Notes under the pieces: generated by a model
What the model saw: only the letters and a program-made list of their open reading frames with translations
What the model was told of the DNA's origin: nothing
Databases searched by the model: none
Shown here: positions 61,912-64,000 of the stretch, piece by piece
How positions within the stretch are numbered: the first letter of the stretch is position 1
Layout: each line of letters begins with the position of its first letter
From: Minisyncoccota bacterium
Lineage (GTDB): Bacteria > Patescibacteriota > Minisyncoccia > Phycocordibacterales > SW-6-46-9
Direction of reading: 5' to 3'
Assembly (NCBI GenBank): GCA_040905385.1
Contig: JBBDRP010000002.1
Location: 322,937 to 386,936 of the forward strand
Length of the DNA: 64,000 nucleotides
Program-made: the position numbers and the translations under genes

Positions 61912-64000
61912 ATGAATTGTTTCTGGAATTTTTTTATAGATAACTTTCGTGTTACGTACTTGCTAATTGCAGGGATTATTATTTTTGGCCTGATATCAAT
62001 AATGCAGATGCCGAAGGAGTCGAGTCCAGAGGTGGAGATACCGGTGGCGGTGATTACGACAACGCTACCCGGAGCCCCGGCTCAGGATGTCGAGGAGCTG
62101 GTTACCAATCCGATTGAGGATCAGGTGCAGAGCATCTCCTCGATTGAGACGCTTACAAGCTCATCTGCAACCGGTTTCTCGCAGATAACGGTAGAATTCT
62201 CAATTGGTACTGATATTGATCAGCTGGTTACAGAGCTGCGCGATCGTGTGGAGCGTGCTAGCGCGGACCTGTCGTCTGATGCTACAAGCCCGACAGTGCA
62301 GAAAGTGAGTTTTGCCGATCAGCCGATTCTGTCACTTTCAATTTCTGGGCCATATGAGCCAATTGAACTCAAACGCTTTGCAGAAACAATCAAATCCGAG
62401 GCCGAGGGGGTGGCAAATGTGTCGCAGGTAAATGTACTTGGTGCACCAGAGCGGGTTGTGGAGGTGGTGCTTGATACGAGTCGTGCTGCACAGTTTAATC
62501 TGTCTGCAAATGATGTTATCCGCGCGATTCAGCAGTCAAATAGTGATATTCCGGTCGGCTCCATCACTACTGCCAGCGGTGTCTACAACCTTCGTTTTAC
62601 GGGACGATTAATGACGGCTGCGGATGTGCGCTTGGTGCCGGTGTCGTCACCAGGTGGGACGGTGGTGATGGTTGATGATGTGGCGGACGTACGTGATACC
62701 ACCAAACGCCAGAATGTACTTACGCGCCTGAGTGTTGACGGTCAGCAGCCACAGACAGCCGTAGGTATGCAGATTTTTAAGGAGGGCGGAGAAGGGGACA
62801 TTCTTTCTATAAATGATGAAATTATTTCGCGCATTGATGGAGCAATAAGTAATGAGCTTCCGTCTGATCTGGTAGTTAGTGAAACAGATAATTCTGCTGA
62901 GCTGATTCGGACCGACCTCAGTAATCTTGTCAGTAGCGGTGCCATAACGATGGTTATTATATTTCTCTTGCTGCTGGTTTTTCTGGGTTATCGCGAGGCA
63001 ATTCTCGCCAGTCTTTCCATTCCTACCACATTTCTCCTGGCCTTTATTGCACTAAACTATTTAGGGTACACCATTAACTTCCTGACGTTGTTTTCATTAA
63101 TTCTTGCCCTCGGTATTCTAGTCGACGCCGCAATCGTGGTGACCGAAAGTATTTCTTCATACCTGCGTCGTGGCTACCAGCCAGTGGCTGCGGTTAAGGA
63201 GACGATTCATGAGTTCGCCCGTCCACTTACAGCTGGGACACTGACAACGGTATTTGTATTCTTTCCGTTGCTTTTGGGATCAGGTCTTATCGGTGAGTTT
63301 ATTAAAAGCATTCCGGTGACAGTTATTTCTGTACTTCTAGCGTCGCTTTTTATTGCATTGGCAGTTATAACAACACTCGCCAGTCGATTCTTCTCTGCAA
63401 ATGGTGCAAATAAAAAAGAAAGCAAGGCTAATCGATACATCCAGCGGGTATACAACTGGTACAGCGGATACATTTCAGGATTACTGGATCAGACCAAGCG
63501 AGGGAAGCGTTTTTTGATAATCATAAGTGTGCTGTTTGTACTGACCTTGTCGTTTCCATTTGCAGGCATCCTGTCTCTGGAGCTGTTTCCGCAGCCTGAT
63601 GTTGATTCGGTTACGATTGGAGTCGAGTTACCGGCCGGTACACCATTAACAGAGACCAGTGCGGTAGTGACTGCTATAGAGTCTTATCTGCAGAATGATC
63701 AGGAGATAGCATCCTTTGCGACCACGGTTGGCTCACCGGCTAATCCGGGCAGTCTGACCGCCGGAACCAGCAACGCTAGCGAGGCTGGTATTGTGGTTAA
63801 TTTGCGTGAGGACCGAGAGCGAACCAGTACCGAGGTTGTCACTGATCTCGAGGATGCGCTGCCATCGCTACTAAAGGCTGGTGATGTAACAGTTAGCCAG
63901 CAGGGGGCCGGACCGCCACAAGGGAATCCAGTACAGATTCAGGTGATTGGAAACGATCTTACCGAGCTCGAGTCGGCGGCTATTTCTGTGGCAGATCTTC
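61912..64000 (+). CDS. RND efflux permease (AcrB/HAE family). 3'-truncated at the window end.
   Basis: N-terminus FIDNFRVTYLLIAGIIIFGLISIMQMPKES..PGAPAQDVEELVTNPIED matches AcrB-family TM1 and the porter domain. Confidence 0.8.
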   Translation, partial: MNCFWNFFIDNFRVTYLLIAGIIIFGLISIMQMPKESSPEVEIPVAVITTTLPGAPAQDVEELVTNPIEDQVQSISSIETLTSSSATGFSQITVEFSIGTDIDQLVTELRDRVERASADLSSDATSPTVQKVSFADQPILSLSISGPYEPIELKRFAETIKSEAEGVANVSQVNVLGAPERVVEVVLDTSRAAQFNLSANDVIRAIQQSNSDIPVGSITTASGVYNLRFTGRLMTAADVRLVPVSSPGGTVVMVDDVADVRDTTKRQNVLTRLSVDGQQPQTAVGMQIFKEGGEGDILSINDEIISRIDGAISNELPSDLVVSETDNSAELIRTDLSNLVSSGAITMVIIFLLLLVFLGYREAILASLSIPTTFLLAFIALNYLGYTINFLTLFSLILALGILVDAAIVVTESISSYLRRGYQPVAAVKETIHEFARPLTAGTLTTVFVFFPLLLGSGLIGEFIKSIPVTVISVLLASLFIALAVITTLASRFFSANGANKKESKANRYIQRVYNWYSGYISGLLDQTKRGKRFLIIISVLFVLTLSFPFAGILSLELFPQPDVDSVTIGVELPAGTPLTETSAVVTAIESYLQNDQEIASFATTVGSPANPGSLTAGTSNASEAGIVVNLREDRERTSTEVVTDLEDALPSLLKAGDVTVSQQGAGPPQGNPVQIQVIGNDLTELESAAISVADL

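Overview
The window is a gene-dense bacterial chromosome segment of about 50% GC. It is mostly housekeeping genes, interrupted by several short, AT-rich, repeat-bearing accessory patches. The gene set (short rpoB, rpoB-rpoC-dnaG-rpoD synteny, F1Fo ATPase, two mreB, dcw cluster, DsbA plus VKOR) suggests a reduced genome, possibly Patescibacteria/Saccharibacteria-like (low confidence).

Gene order, left to right:
- Partial rpsA on the minus strand.
- An unusually long, repeat-containing leader (~0.9 kb) upstream of rpoB.
- rpoB, rpoC, dnaG, rpoD, then a UvrD-type helicase fused to a C-terminal RecB-type nuclease (AddA-like).
- DsbA-like oxidoreductase, engB, uppP, a low-GC pair of hypothetical genes and a DEDD 3'-5' exonuclease.
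- hisS, truB, and a complete F1Fo ATP synthase operon (atpI-like, atpB, E, F, H, A, G, D, C).
- A stress-type cluster of small genes: a possible baeRF1-like/host-attachment-family protein, mscL, msrB, and a GlsB/YeaQ membrane protein.
- vanY-like M15 peptidase, a VKOR-family membrane protein, tRNA-Asn, hpf, fmt, def, priA.
- mreB, a truncated holB-like gene, frr, rseP, proS, then a second mreB with mreC, mreD and mrdA (PBP2).
- greA, lysS, and a large acidic repeat protein with a peptidoglycan-binding domain.
- mraZ, rsmH, ftsL, ftsI (dcw cluster).
- A tRNA-Glu locus carrying a GIY-YIG nuclease gene and att-like repeats.
- A winged-helix protein, a glycoside hydrolase, and an RND efflux pair (membrane fusion protein plus a partial permease).

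Features the gene list does not explain:
- A ~160-bp intergenic repeat family in four copies, one inverted. Two copies share a 46-bp perfectly identical core containing the 20-bp perfect palindrome GGAAATTACATGTAATTTCC.
- A conserved terminator hairpin family (ACCACGTC..GACGTGGT) used at four sites.
- Three direct repeats plus a 14+14-bp palindrome in the rpoB leader.
- Duplicated tRNA 3'-end fragments, and a GIY-YIG ORF flanked by imperfect direct repeats, beside tRNA-Glu.
- An inverted 18-nt duplicate of the tRNA-Asn 3' half.
- Three low-GC small genes likely acquired horizontally.

No CRISPR array, reverse transcriptase, transposase or integrase gene was recognised.
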